Of a DNA stretch of 41,734 bases, positions 1 through 11,642 are shown in pieces. The notes beneath the pieces were generated by a model. It was not told where the DNA came from. It worked only from the letters and a program-made list of their open reading frames with translations, and ran no database searches. Positions within the stretch are counted from its first letter, which is position 1. The number at the start of each line of letters is the position of its first letter. A program made the position numbers and the translations under genes. Source of the DNA: Nemertoderma westbladi (Eukaryota > Animalia > Xenacoelomorpha); the NCBI GenBank assembly GCA_032718475.1, contig JAUCBJ010003696.1, positions 1-41,734 on the forward strand. The letters run 5' to 3'.

Positions 1-951
1 ATACTAAACGCAACGATACCGCTTATGATTAAAGTATAAGGCGTATTCTTTAGGAAATACTTTGTTACCAATCACAATCATGCACACTATTCTGCCGACC
101 GTCAGTAGATTTGATCACACATAAAGAGAGCAGCAATTGACTCATGTAGGGTCTGCTAAATAACATTAGATTCAATACACACCACATTAATATAAATCGC
201 AATTGTTATGTATAGCCTGTCTCTCTAACCTGTAGTGTATCAAGAAAATTGGGAATTTTGGGTGATTTATCCGTATTCTCCAAAGAGCAATAATTCATCA
301 ACAAATAGATACAATTAATAACTGACGGTAAATAACAGTACAAACAATATGATTAGTGCAGTTAAATTAAATGATTGAGACTAGTTAAGTTCGTTAGTTA
401 AGTGAGGTAACAGTTATACTTTCGGTAATTTAAGCAGTTTTACTAGAGTTCTTCCCAAAAGCCGGTGTTATGGCGAAAAATGGGAACATAACAACAGAAT
501 CATATGAAGAATCATATGACTAGAATAACTATACGAGGATACCAACTACCCTTATTCCACGAAGCTCCCGTTCAACACAGAGGATGAGCATAGAGATAGG
601 AAATTCAGTTCAGTAGCGCTGGGATAGGTCGAAATCAACGCCCACTCAAATTCTATTGGCCGACACGGACAGCAGGGCAGAGGCAACCTCCCTAAGCTGG
701 TTGGCCGATTAAACTGAGCCCAGATATCTCCGTACAGCACATCAGCCAATAAGCTGGTAGCTTGCACTATTTTAGTTATAAATCCCTTTGAGAGTATTCT
801 AGCGACCGGGGGGGAACTGGCCAGCAAAGGCAAACGTATCAGTTATCCCACAAAAGCTTTTACAGAAAGTAACAATGTGGGGCGAGCCACGAAGTTGGCG
901 GAGCCTTAGCGAATTGACACTGTTAGGGGGTGGGTCAATTTATGCAAATAG

Positions 952-1003
952 TTGTCGTCGTCGTCGTCGTCGTCGTTGTCGTCGTCGTCGTTGTCGTCGT
1001 CGT
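952..1003 (+). repeat. (GTC)n microsatellite inside the MITE
   Basis: Direct reading: gtcgtcgtc run with occasional gtt. Confidence 0.95.
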
Positions 1004-1256
1004 TACGATTTTGACATGCTAATAACTTTGTCGGATTTAAAGCTGCCAAGTTGAAAATTTGTAGGTATCAATATGAGCAAAAGTTGAGATTTTTGAGAGA
1101 CTTTCAGACACCATCAGTGCAATGGTCTCCCGCTAGAGGGCCACATGTCTAAACATTAAATGCCCTCCCATTTCTTTGCTTTTAATCCGTTTAAGCTGAA
1201 ACTTGGCAGATATGTATTAGACCATTAGCTGTGACTTTCAAGGGAGGCGAATCCAT

Positions 1257-1288
1257 CTGCAGTTCTCCAGTCTGCCGCTAGAGGGCCA
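1257..1288 (+). promoter_or_regulatory. Extended CTCF-like motif (upstream module plus core); second core at 1130-1143
   Basis: CTGCAGTTCT-CCAGT-CTG-CCGCTAGAGGGCCA; identical core CCGCTAGAGGGCCA at 1130-1143. Confidence 0.5.
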
Positions 1289-1436
1289 ACGTGACTATTT
1301 GCATAAATTGACCTACCCCCTAACAGTGTCAATTCGCTAAGGCTCTGCCAACTTCGTGCTGCGCGAAGTCCCCACTTCGTGTATTATAAGTATGACTTAA
1401 CTATTGCATATTTATTCAAATTTTATACAGTAGAGT

Positions 1437-1745
1437 AATGCATTTTCTACATTCTTCGATCACTTAAGAGGGGGGGGGGGGGGGGGGGGGGGGGAATAGA
1501 GGTAGGTTTGTAATTCGTGTAAATACAGTATGTAATAATTGTCAATAATTCTCTTATCTTAGGATTGATTTTTTTATGTGTTATATAATGCATTTTCTAC
1601 ATTCTTCTATCACTTAAGGGAGGGGGGGGGGGGGGGGTAGAGGTAGGTTTGTAATTCGTGTAAATACAGTATGTAATTGTCAATAATTATCTTATCTTAG
1701 GATTGATTTTTTATTTAATGTGTTTAATGCATTTACTACATTCTA
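1437..1745. repeat. ~150-bp tandem duplication (2 copies plus a partial third), each full copy with a poly-G tract
   Basis: aatgcattttctacattctt...(G)n...tagaggtaggtttgtaattcgtgtaaatacagtatg...cttaggattgattttttt at ~1437 and ~1587; start repeated again at ~1726. Confidence 0.9.
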
Positions 1746-1889
1746 GCAGTGTAATTCTTTGTTATTCTGAACTCTACTTGAGAAATACATCAATACTTTC
1801 GAATTTAATTATATTAACCAAACATATTGGAATTAATGCGATTACTAAAATTATGTTAAAATTGCTCGCTAAAATGTGACCTGATAAAA

Positions 1890-2180
1890 GTAAAATAAAT
1901 AAGTAAATAGATTGCATCGAGTTATAAAATAATGAAATAACAGTTGTCCATCGTAATGCAGAACATCGTCCCGTGATAAGCGACCTCCACGTCTGAATTT
2001 AACAACTTTTATTTTTGAGCTATTGACTGTTAGGTCGTGGTCTCTGCAGTAGTCAAGTAATGCATCGAGTCCAATCTGAACTTGCGCAATGGAATTTCTA
2101 CAAATAACTAGATCGTCGGCATACATGAATATAAGGCATCCAGTTGCTATAATAACTGCAGGGAGGTCGGAAACAAACAA
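1890..2180 (-). pseudogene. Non-LTR retrotransposon reverse transcriptase fragment
   Basis: ORF contains FVSDLP...MYADDLV...LDALLDYC...LTVNSSKIKVVKF, i.e. LINE RT motifs 5-6. Confidence 0.85.
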
Positions 2181-3305
2181 GATGAATATGAGAGGGTATA
2201 GCTCAGTAGCATGTCAGCTTGAATAACTCCAATGGTCTGTGTGAGTGTGATCGGTTCCAGAACATAAATCCCAATTAATATACAAACAAAGTTTATTGCT
2301 AGTATGGCCCAATCACGGTGATACATTTTCGACTGATGCCAAATGCCAAGACGGCAATACATTAATACTTAATAAATCCTGAACATTATTGTGTGCTGAT
2401 GGCCTAATTGTTGTATCATACAGTATGTAGCATGTTAAGTGAGCTCAAAACAAAATTATTTCCTGGCGTGCATATATTCTTAACTGGCGCCGAATGTATT
2501 TTAATTTGTATGCTACATTTTTTCTGGCGCACATCAATTTATAGAGTTCAGAGTGTTGGCGCGGCGCGATTTCCAATATTACTAGGCGCGGCGCGATTTT
2601 CATAATATCTGGCGCGTTATCCGGCGCGCTTTTTGTAAGGATTCCACTAGGGCCCGCACCCTGAAAAAATTACAATTTTTTTTTATATTTTGGTTGAAAT
2701 CATTAAATCAATGGCGCTGAAAACGTCACATTGTCCTGTAATCAGGCTGTCAGGTACTGCATAGTGCAGTAGTGTCACGTGGAATTGCCCTATAAATGAT
2801 AGCAAGACAGCAAGACACACAGAAAAACCGGGTTTGGTAACACACCATCTGACCATGCCATGACCAGACCATGCCTGCCTGCCTGCCTACATCATACATA
2901 TACATCCACCAGTCCACCACACCATTACAGCATTAGACTCTATCTGTCTACTGTCTATGCCTGTATGCCTTAGGCCCTACACCTTATACCAGTATACCTG
3001 TGTAGACCTAAACAGGATGCAGGACAGCAAACCCCACCACAAAGCCGTTTCTACTCGGGCAGTCGGGGGTGGGGTGGGGGGGGGGGGGGGTGTTCTAACT
3101 CTTACATTCCTGCCAGCCTGCAGCAGTGCAGTCTAATATCAAATTAACTAAATCAGAATATACGTCTGTACGATATGGACAGGACAGCCGGATATGAATA
3201 GGCCTAAGTATGAAGTATCGGTACCGGTAAATTACAGTTTCGGTTTCGGCTGACCGGTACAGTACAGCAGACTAGCAGAGTAGGCCTACCGGCTGACCGG
3301 TAAAC

Positions 3306-3413
3306 GGACAGGTTGTATCCAGACAAGTTGTATCCAGACAAGTTGTATCCAATTTCCTATTCTTAGCTTACAAAAGGACATTTTGTATCCCGATTTTCGG
3401 ACATGTTGTATCC
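3306..3413 (+). repeat. 15-bp repeats forming the probable left terminus of the MULE
   Basis: RGACAdgTTGTATCC-type units at 3306, 3321, 3336, 3376, 3399; matching right end not found. Confidence 0.65.
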
Positions 3414-3781
3414 AACTTATTTACGTTGTAAATTAACTGTAATTCTATCCTATTGAATAATATAATTAACTAGGCGATCCATAATCATAATACTGTACAT
3501 TATACGATTAATTAGTTCAGAGCATTTCTTTCTTTCTCCAATCAGGATTTCTCACTTTAATAGCATTGTGTAATGGAGGTCAAACAAATGACACTGCATC
3601 ATGAATATGTAGAGGAGGTCAAACAAATGACACTGCATCATGAATATCAACTGTAAATCCATGTAGTAACAGTTTAATATTTTAGCGATCTCGATTATAT
3701 GTTCAATTTGTAAATTACATTTTAATTAATTGAATTTTTAGTTATTGTACCAATACATTCTTCCTTGTATCAAAAAACTCC

Positions 3782-5005
3782 ATGGCCGTGTATCAAAAAA
3801 CTATACACGGTAATTCTAAACTTTGCCATGATGGCAAAATGTATTCCAAACGGAAAACCAACAAGGATGGGTCTGAAATGTGGGTTTGTACCAAACGACC
3901 CCACTGTATTGGTTCCGTAAAGACATTGACTCCACACTCAACCGAAGTCATTACTAGTAATCCCCATAACTGTATCGATTCTCCGATTGTGGAATTGTCA
4001 GAATTCCGACAGAGAATAGCGGACCAGGCCTCATCATCCCATACCAAACCCACCCAAATCTATTGTTCCTCACTTCGGGATCTTGATTCAAAGTTGCACA
4101 CCAGTTTGCCGCAACGTGCATCACTGCTGCGGCAGATACGTCGTGTAAGATCACGCCACCTTCCCCCGGATCCGAAATCACTAAAGGAACTCTCATTCCA
4201 TGGTGACTCCATCATAGATTTTATAACTTCAGATAATGGAGGAAAGTTCCTCCAATATGACAATGGTGTCAATGCTGATGAGAGAATTGTGGTATTCTGG
4301 ACCGATGAATCTATGAAATTTCTACGTAGTTCGTCAGAATGGGGAGTTGATGGCACATTTGCAATCGCTCCCAAACCGTTTTACCAGTTATATATAGTCT
4401 GTGCCAAGGTGTACACTCGTATGCTGCCACTGCTTTATGCATTTCTCGAACGCAAAACAGAAACTACTTACTCGGAGTTATTCAATGTGATCGCCATGCA
4501 AGGGGCTTCACCTTCGGTTGTCCACGTGGACTTTGAGAAGGCGGCACACAACGCAATCATTGCGGCTTTCGGCGACAGTGTGACGTTTGTTTTCTGTTAC
4601 TTCCATCTCCGGCAAGCGATTAACAAGCGCATTCAAGAGCTTGGATTGAAATCTCACTATCAGTCTAATTTGGAGTTTAGGTTATGGGCCTCCAAGATTT
4701 CTTCACTTGCTTTGCTGCCAACAGATAAAGTGAAAGATGGGTTCCGCATAATACAAGACATTGCCCCCAGGGAAGGCGCCGAACTGTTAACCTACTTCGA
4801 CCGAACCTATCTGAGTGGACCTCGACGTATTCGTAGCGACAGCAATGGCCTTGTCTCGAAGATACGTTCTGCGGGACCCTTATTTGCAGTTGAGAAGTGG
4901 AATGTTCATGCAGCCACATTAAATGACTTTGGCAGAACTAACAATGCTTCAGAGGCTGTTAATCGTGATATTTCTACCATTATGCCATTTATACCATTAT
5001 GCTGA
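3782..5005 (+). CDS. Mutator-like (MULE) transposase with N-terminal FLYWCH-type zinc finger, 3'-truncated
   Basis: W-x-C...C...HNC finger; VDGTF, VHVDFEKA, CYFHLRQ, RTNNASE motifs (D, D, E present); similarity ends just after the catalytic E. Confidence 0.9.
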   Translation: MAVYQKTIHGNSKLCHDGKMYSKRKTNKDGSEMWVCTKRPHCIGSVKTLTPHSTEVITSNPHNCIDSPIVELSEFRQRIADQASSSHTKPTQIYCSSLRDLDSKLHTSLPQRASLLRQIRRVRSRHLPPDPKSLKELSFHGDSIIDFITSDNGGKFLQYDNGVNADERIVVFWTDESMKFLRSSSEWGVDGTFAIAPKPFYQLYIVCAKVYTRMLPLLYAFLERKTETTYSELFNVIAMQGASPSVVHVDFEKAAHNAIIAAFGDSVTFVFCYFHLRQAINKRIQELGLKSHYQSNLEFRLWASKISSLALLPTDKVKDGFRIIQDIAPREGAELLTYFDRTYLSGPRRIRSDSNGLVSKIRSAGPLFAVEKWNVHAATLNDFGRTNNASEAVNRDISTIMPFIPLC

Positions 5006-5336
5006 GTCAGTCAGTCAGTCAGTGAGTTGTTCAGTTGTTTGTGCTATAGTAGCCTGTCAGCCTGTACCGGCTCGGCTCTCACTCTCAGTATTGCGCTTGC
5101 GCTGTATACAGGCAACAGCTGAACAGGTTAACAGGCTGACAGGTATAGGCCCTCCCATTTTTATATAAAATATAAAGGATTTTATGGACAGATGGATGCT
5201 CATTTAAACATTTTATTCATGTAGGCCTACTACAGTACTATATCGAATAAGCTAGTGAATTTTATTAACAGGTACACAGTAGGCCTATTAATTATAGGCC
5301 TACATTTAAATCTAATTAAAGAGTTGTTTCCATGTA

Positions 5337-6932
5337 ATTGATTACTTTGCATCGTTCCGTCAGGCCGCAACGCTGGCAGCTGGCAGCGTTACCAGTGATA
5401 TCTTGACACGGGGAATTAAAAAATGTAATCATCAATTATTATTTTTTTATTCTAACCAAAACAATATAGGCCTACGAAATTTAGGGATATGGACTGATGG
5501 AAATACACCTTACATCAATCACTGAATAAGGTTGACTTATATTGCCAGTGCAAACAAGTTCACTGGGTTTAGTAGAGAACTGCAGAACTGTGCGCGTACG
5601 GCACCGGTAATATTCTAACCTATAGCAAAGCAACCACACCACGACCAGTCGGCTTTGTTTTATTTTTTTTGCTTTACTGGTTGGGATTGGGTAGTTGTAC
5701 ATGTACAATATGTATGTACCTCGCGCTCGTACTGCGTACGCGTTCCTGCAGCTGTAATACTAAGGTCTAAACAGCTAAATGGAGTCAAAAACAGTAAATA
5801 ATAAAATATTCAATAAAAATATGTAATACATGTTAGCGGTAGCCTATATGCCTGTTGCTGTTATGAACTGAACACTATACTGCACATAAAGCACAGTCTG
5901 ACAAATGATAGCAGATAGCACCATAAAAGATAAATATGTCATAATGTTGGCAGCAATTTGAGGTCGGCTACTTTATAGAGTTACTACTGGCCAGACTTTG
6001 AACTTACTAGTATGGATTAATTTACTTTACTTTATTAACCAATGAATGACGCCAACGTCATGAATTTTCATGGAATTATTACATTAGTAGAATATGACTC
6101 ATTAGCCATATGTTTGCAAACTCTACGTCATTTATTTCCATCATCATTCATTCTAGCATTCTCTAGATTATTCGCGTGTTCCCATGGAGTTCGCACATAC
6201 TTAATCGATCACGGTTTTCTTATCTTAAGAATTCATAAATTCTTGCTATTAATTTATCGTTTCACAAACTCTATAGAACAAATTACTGTATATTGCAGTA
6301 CTCTTCTATGAATTTATCATGTGTACAGGGCTGCTTCAACGCCTCCGCATTTTAGGCTGCAGCCTAGGGGCCTCGGCTTGATAGGGGGCCCCAAATTTGA
6401 AAATAACCAACGAGTGTAGATGTGTACTCCAAAAGTAATCCTTAAAAAAAGGCCCAACTCGGCTCCTAACTTCTACAGTATTTTATATCATAAAAGTATA
6501 AAAAGGTTTGTAAAAAAATATCCGCTCGCTTCGCTCCGTGTTTACAATGTGAGACAAAGCCACGAAGTCTAGGAGCCTTTGTGTAACTGTATAATCAGTG
6601 AACCGTCGGTGGTCGACATTTAAAATGTTTCAACGCAAATAAGTCGGTAAATCATGGATGAACATGAAATAGAACCATACTTGATACATCGGAATGATGT
6701 ATGAAGTTTGGTTCTATTTCATGTTCATCCAGTAATAATTATTCAGTATTGTAAACAATATTGATTCAGTAATAATAGTAATATATTTTGTTACATTATG
6801 TCAACTTAACAGCGTTCTGGTGAATTACTCGTAACGCTGCAATGTTTAACTTGTTATAAAAATATGTTTAAATATGTTTAACTACTTTGCAGCGTTGGGG
6901 CCTATAGGACGAAACGCTGCAAAGTAATCAAT
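5337..6932. mobile_element. Degenerate non-autonomous TIR element
   Basis: attgattactttgcatcgttccgtcaggccgcaacgctg (5337-5375) is an imperfect reverse complement of ~6890-6932; TSD not readable. Confidence 0.55.
6655..6731. other. 77-nt near-perfect hairpin (36-bp stem, 2 mismatches, 5-nt loop)
   Basis: 6655-6690 vs reverse complement of 6696-6731; loop ggaat. Confidence 0.9.
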
Positions 6933-7904
6933 GACGGCACTACTACAGTATGTGTACCCCTGCTCGGGATTTTTTTTGTAGTAGCTAGTTTTTGCTACAT
7001 TTTTTTCTTAAATGTTCTATGTCATATTAGCTATAGTTTTGTAAAAAAAATGTTCTAGAACAAATATTTTTTGTTCTAGAACATTTTTTTAAAAATTTAT
7101 AATTCCTAATAATACACCTTAAAATGTTAATATGTTACCTTTAAATACTTCATAATATTATTCTAGAATGTTTTTAATGTTTACAGTGTAGTAGGTTCGC
7201 TTTAACTGTTTTCATTAAATAAAATGCCACGTCACGAAAACAAAAAGTGCTCTAAAGATCCAAATATTATTGACATTTCCAAAGAATAGTATAAAAGAAA
7301 AGTATAATTTTGAAAAAAATTTTTTTTTTTTAATAATAGCTAACTTGGAAAATCACCAGCTAGCTAGCCTGATAATTTGTAATTGTTTTAAAAAAATTTA
7401 AATGTTTATAAATGATAAACAAACTATTTATTACACGTAGTTACTAATTTTTAATAAATTTTTTTTAATTTCTTTAAAAATACTAGCTAATTTGGAAAAT
7501 CACTAGCTAGCCTGATAATTTGTATATTTAATGTTTATAGATAAATAAACTATTTATTACACATAATAACTAATTTTTAATAAATTTTTATTTTTAAATG
7601 TTCTAGAACAAAACATATTTGTTCTACAGTAGAACATAATTTTTTAAACCTTTTTTAACTTTTGCCCGCGCTATTAACCTTTTCTCCATCAGCTGCTTTC
7701 GGTAAATAAAATGCCTTGAGAATAGTGAAAAAAAAGTTCCACCTTTTTTCTAATGTAATAAATAATTATAGTTTTATTGTAATGAAAAATACTTTAGTTA
7801 TAAAATAAAAATATAAGTATTGAGCAAACATGAATTTTTTTTATTATATGAAAACAGCATAGCTATATAAAAGTTGATTTTATACGACGTTTAAAAGAGT
7901 TATC

Positions 7905-9219
7905 CCCATTGGAAACAGGAGACATCCTGTTTTCCACGGACATACCCTGTAGTGTCGCTTTATACCAGTATCCCCGTAGGAGAAGCTATCGATGACGTCA
8001 CAGACTTCGCTAATAAACATAAACATAGTATCAACTTGTTTGGACTCAGCATACCTGAATTTTATGGATTATTACAACTCGTTATAGATTTTAGCTATTT
8101 CGAGTTCGACCATAAATTTTATAAACAAAAAGATGGGATGGGTATGGGGAATAGGGCGGCGGCACCTTTTGCCATCATTTACATTCATATAAAAGAATCT
8201 CAGTACCTTAACACGTACCGACTAACACCAGAGTGTTGGTATCGGTTCTTGGACGATGGTTGGTCAGTGTGGAAACATGGGGAGGAAGAGTTGGGACAAT
8301 TTCTAGATTTTATAAACGCACAACACATAAACATACAGTACACGATGGAACAATCTTACACCGGACTATAATTTTTAGACGTATACACCAAAGTCAATGA
8401 CCAAGGAACCATAGACATAGAACCGTAGAGAAAACCCACAAACGCTGGTATCATACTGAACTACAATAGCCACCACCCGAAGTCAGTGATACTCAATACG
8501 GCTAGGAACCTAATACATAAAACGATCTTACACAGCTCTACAACGGTCGCCAAGCAACACGCCATACAAACCAACAGACAGTTACTCCACCAAAACAACT
8601 ACCCTCCAGCAGTGGTCAATAGACTCATCACCCAATCTGACTCACCCGCATACCACATCCCTTCACAACGTACTCCACCCACAGCAGACAATCAACCGAA
8701 ACACCCAATCATACTCCCCCACATCAACGAGGACGTTCGCAGGAAGGTAAAGGAGATATTAGAAGGTCTCCGTTTTCTAGAACCACCAGGGTTGTGTTCA
8801 CACCGGGACGGAAATTAAAAGATATATTAATACAAACACGGCTCAACAAACCCAAATGCCCCAAACTACCTAACACAATATGTTACACATGTTCCCCCGG
8901 TACACGCAACTGCACAAAAAAGAACGTAATTTACCAAACTACGTGCAATTTATGCAAAGAGAGATACATAGGCGAAACATATAAACCCATTAGGATACGC
9001 ACAATGGCACACAGGAACGCGGTACGAAACAATAACAAATCACGAAGGAGCTCCGTGGCGGCACACTACCTAGCCAGACATGGTCCATGGTCAGATGGCG
9101 CTCAACCACCAGGTCCTCCGCCGGTGCAGGAATTGGCCCGACAGGAAGATCAGCGAGAATGTATTGATACACCACCTGAACCCAGAAATAAACATACAAC
9201 ACCCCTCAGAATACGATAG
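7905..9219 (+). pseudogene. Penelope-like retroelement, 5'-truncated: RT plus Cys linker plus GIY-YIG endonuclease
   Basis: SLYTSIP, YKQKDGMGMG, YRFLDD (PLE-type RT); CPK..CYTC..C linker; NVIYQTTCNLCKERYIGET..R...H (GIY-YIG); internal stops and a frameshift near 8800. Confidence 0.92.
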
Positions 9220-9648
9220 CGGATGGTAACCGCGTACAACTACGCGTAGGCACATAGCACACCAGTTAAGTACTTACACAAAACATACAGTAGACACAGC
9301 ACGCACGGTATATACACCCACGCACCCCAAAGCACACAGCCAGGGAGTACTACGGGGGGGGGGGGGGGGGGGGGCATTAGTTGAGTTATTTTGCACACAT
9401 TTTTATACAGTAGCTTTAGTTCATTAATTCGTATATTATGTTCAGTTCTATCAATTTGGTGTAATTTAGTAGTATTTTAGACAGCCGTACCACCAACCAA
9501 TAGGAAGCAAAAACAAGGGGAGGGGGGGTTGCATGCAACCCACCACTTACCGGTAAGGAATCACAGACTGTCCTGTAGTAGTTTAGCCCTGTAGTAGTTT
9601 AGTCCTGTATGTACTTCTGTACTTTACACCTGCATGCAGTCTAACTGA

Positions 9649-9688
9649 ATTGAGTTGATAAAGGGCTGTTGCCCGAAATATACTCGGT
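9649..9688 (+). ncRNA. Minimal type I hammerhead ribozyme (U3-A8 variant) in the Penelope 3' region
   Basis: attgag-TTGATAA-a-gggc-tgtt-gccc-GAAA-tata-ctcggt: stem I attgag/ctcggt, stem II gggc/gccc, very short palindromic stem III. Confidence 0.7.
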
Positions 9689-10023
9689 TATTTCATTTTA
9701 AATCATATTTTTGGTCACTTAGAAAAAGGTCCTTCTAAACGCACTAACTCATTGTCTATTATTAATCGATTCGAGTGAAGCTTTAGGGCGAACAAACCGT
9801 ACAGAATCTGATCATGGAAGATTTACCTCTAGTCTTAAAACTTCTGAGAGTTGTGATAACATTACCTTTTATTTGACAAACGTATTTCATTGGTCAACAT
9901 ACTGTAGCATGATGATATTAAAACAATTTGTTGATCAATAAAGATATAAATAATACATGATATATTTGCCATTCCTCATAACATTTGGAATAGCAACGAT
10001 TGTAGTTGATGGATCACAAAAAA

Positions 10024-10148
10024 TTATTTGCCTTTCTTCTTTCGTTTGGTCATTTTTCTATTTGTTTTCGAGTCTACAAGCATCTGTCCCTGTCGTTTAA
10101 TGTCATCTCTGCTCAATACGTCATCGTCATCTCCAGAATCATCTTCAT
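10024..10148 (-). CDS. CCDC151: CCDC151/ODAD3 terminal coding exon
   Basis: ctttcctttatAG acceptor; (D)EDDSGDDDDVLSRDDIKRQGQMLVDSKTNRKMTKRKKKGK*; phase matches upstream exon; AATAAA on minus strand at 9868-9873. Confidence 0.85.
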
Positions 10149-10481
10149 CTATAAAGGAAAGACAGCAAATACAAATGTATAGAGTATATTTAAAATATAA
10201 AAAAAAAACGGACATAAACCCAATAAATTTTGATTAAATGTGGCACGAAAGAAAAACGTCAATAAAAGAAAGTTGTGACGAATAAATAAGCTGATTATAG
10301 TGATAAACTAATATACTTTTTACTTGTTCTTTTTAAATACAATTTTCTCTTTTGAACTCGTTTTCTCCTCGTATTCAGCCCCTCCCCTCCTCCTCCTCCT
10401 CCGGAAAATGAAAAAGGCCGCACCCTGCCTCTTAAACATCTACAGCTCGGTAGTGAATATAATCACTTAACCGTAACTTAC

Positions 10482-10566
10482 CATCATAAGGTTTATCAAC
10501 TGCTTTTACGGGAAGTTTCACTCTTACATTGTAACGCGGTTGTCTCTCTTCTAAACTAGCGATATA
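10482..10566 (-). CDS. CCDC151: CCDC151/ODAD3 penultimate exon
   Basis: tttttAG...G|GTAAGT; 85 nt encoding YIASLEERQPRYNVRVKLPVKAVDKPYD, resembling vertebrate LASLEGRLPEYNTRIALP. Confidence 0.85.
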
Positions 10567-10897
10567 CTAAAAAATAACAAAATATTATAGAACCAATAAG
10601 TCAGTCCCCAATAGGAACAAATCAAACTATGTCCACCCAATATGATCATGTCAACGCCATCAAATGTAGAGGAATCCCGTCGAACGAAAGATACCCTGTC
10701 AACCCACGAGGGATCCCAACAATTAAATGTGGATCCTCTCAATACAAGAAATTGTTTAATATTTCAAAAATTGAACTTTATAATCAGTTGGGGGTTATCA
10801 GTTCATAAACCTAAATAAACGTCAGACAAGCAATGAGCAGACTGAATGAAGGGTAGGATAACTTCTGTAAACTTCATACAAATCAATAGAATACATA

Positions 10898-11220
10898 ACT
10901 AGAGACGGCATCAAGACGCCGTTAAGCAAGTCGGAAGTCATCAATCAAATGTAAATTCCATCAACAAGCTGTCATTGGTGTTATTTTACCATTGCGCCTA
11001 TGGCGTTTTTTCGTTAATCTCTATTTTTCGAGCCCACGGCTCATGGACGAAATAGCGGAACATACCAGGGACCTTAGAATCGCGGTATCTAGCCGCTGTG
11101 AAAATTTCATCAAAATCGTTAGAGTAGTTTAGGCTGTAGATCAGTCAGCCAGCCAGTCAGTCAGCCAGTCAATCAATCAGCCAACAATTCTTACAGTAAT
11201 CAAGTCCTACGACTTGCTAA
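10898..11220 (-). mobile_element. Helentron-associated non-autonomous element (HINE/DINE-like), copy 1
   Basis: Sub-terminal IR agcaagtcg (10925-10933)/cgacttgct (11210-11218), hairpin caagtc-ctac-gacttg, stem-loop acggc..gccgt next to ACTAG, internal (cagc/cagt)n microsatellite; body shared with 29868-30087. Confidence 0.7.
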
Positions 11221-11420
11221 TGATAATAATATCGTAGAGAATCAAGATTACTTACTGCAGCGTTTTCCAACTATAATTCAGCGGCATAAAAAACAATTAA
11301 TAAAGTTAAGCAAAATAAATTGAAATAATTTATTATTCACTGACGGCAGTCAGTAAACATTAAATATAATAATAAATATAATATAATATATAATTATAAA
11401 ATATAAAATATAATAAATAT

Positions 11421-11492
11421 AACAATAATATCCCTAACCTCATCAACAATAATATCCCTAACCTCATCAACAATAATATCCCTAACCTCATC
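11421..11492 (-). repeat. 3 x 24-bp tandem repeat spanning the exon/intron junction
   Basis: Minus strand (GATGAG|GTTAGGGATATTATTGTT)x3. Confidence 0.95.
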
Positions 11493-11642
11493 TTGCTCCA
11501 TTTGTTCTCGAAGTTCCTCTAAGTTTTCCGGTTCTAATTCTTCGTCTAACTTTAGCAATTTATCTTCACAAATCATTAATAAATCCAAAACATACTCATC
11601 GCTATCCTTAGGGGCCTGCGTAGGTGGTTGGTCTCCTTTGGC
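11487..11642 (-). CDS. CCDC151: CCDC151/ODAD3 internal exon
   Basis: cttatAG...GAG|GTTAGG; 156 nt, phase 0/0: AKGDQPPTQAPKDSDEYVLDLLMICEDKLLKLDEELEPENLEELREQMEQDE. Confidence 0.85.

Larger units (their letters stand above)
877..1375. mobile_element. Non-autonomous fold-back/MITE-like element with ~64-bp inverted repeats
   Basis: 888-951 (cacgaagttggcggagccttagcgaattgacactgttaggggg...atgcaaatagt) is the near-perfect reverse complement of 1294-1358; outer gtgggg/ccccac ends; no ORF; a related end cgtggctcgccccac occurs at ~41456-41470. Confidence 0.8.
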
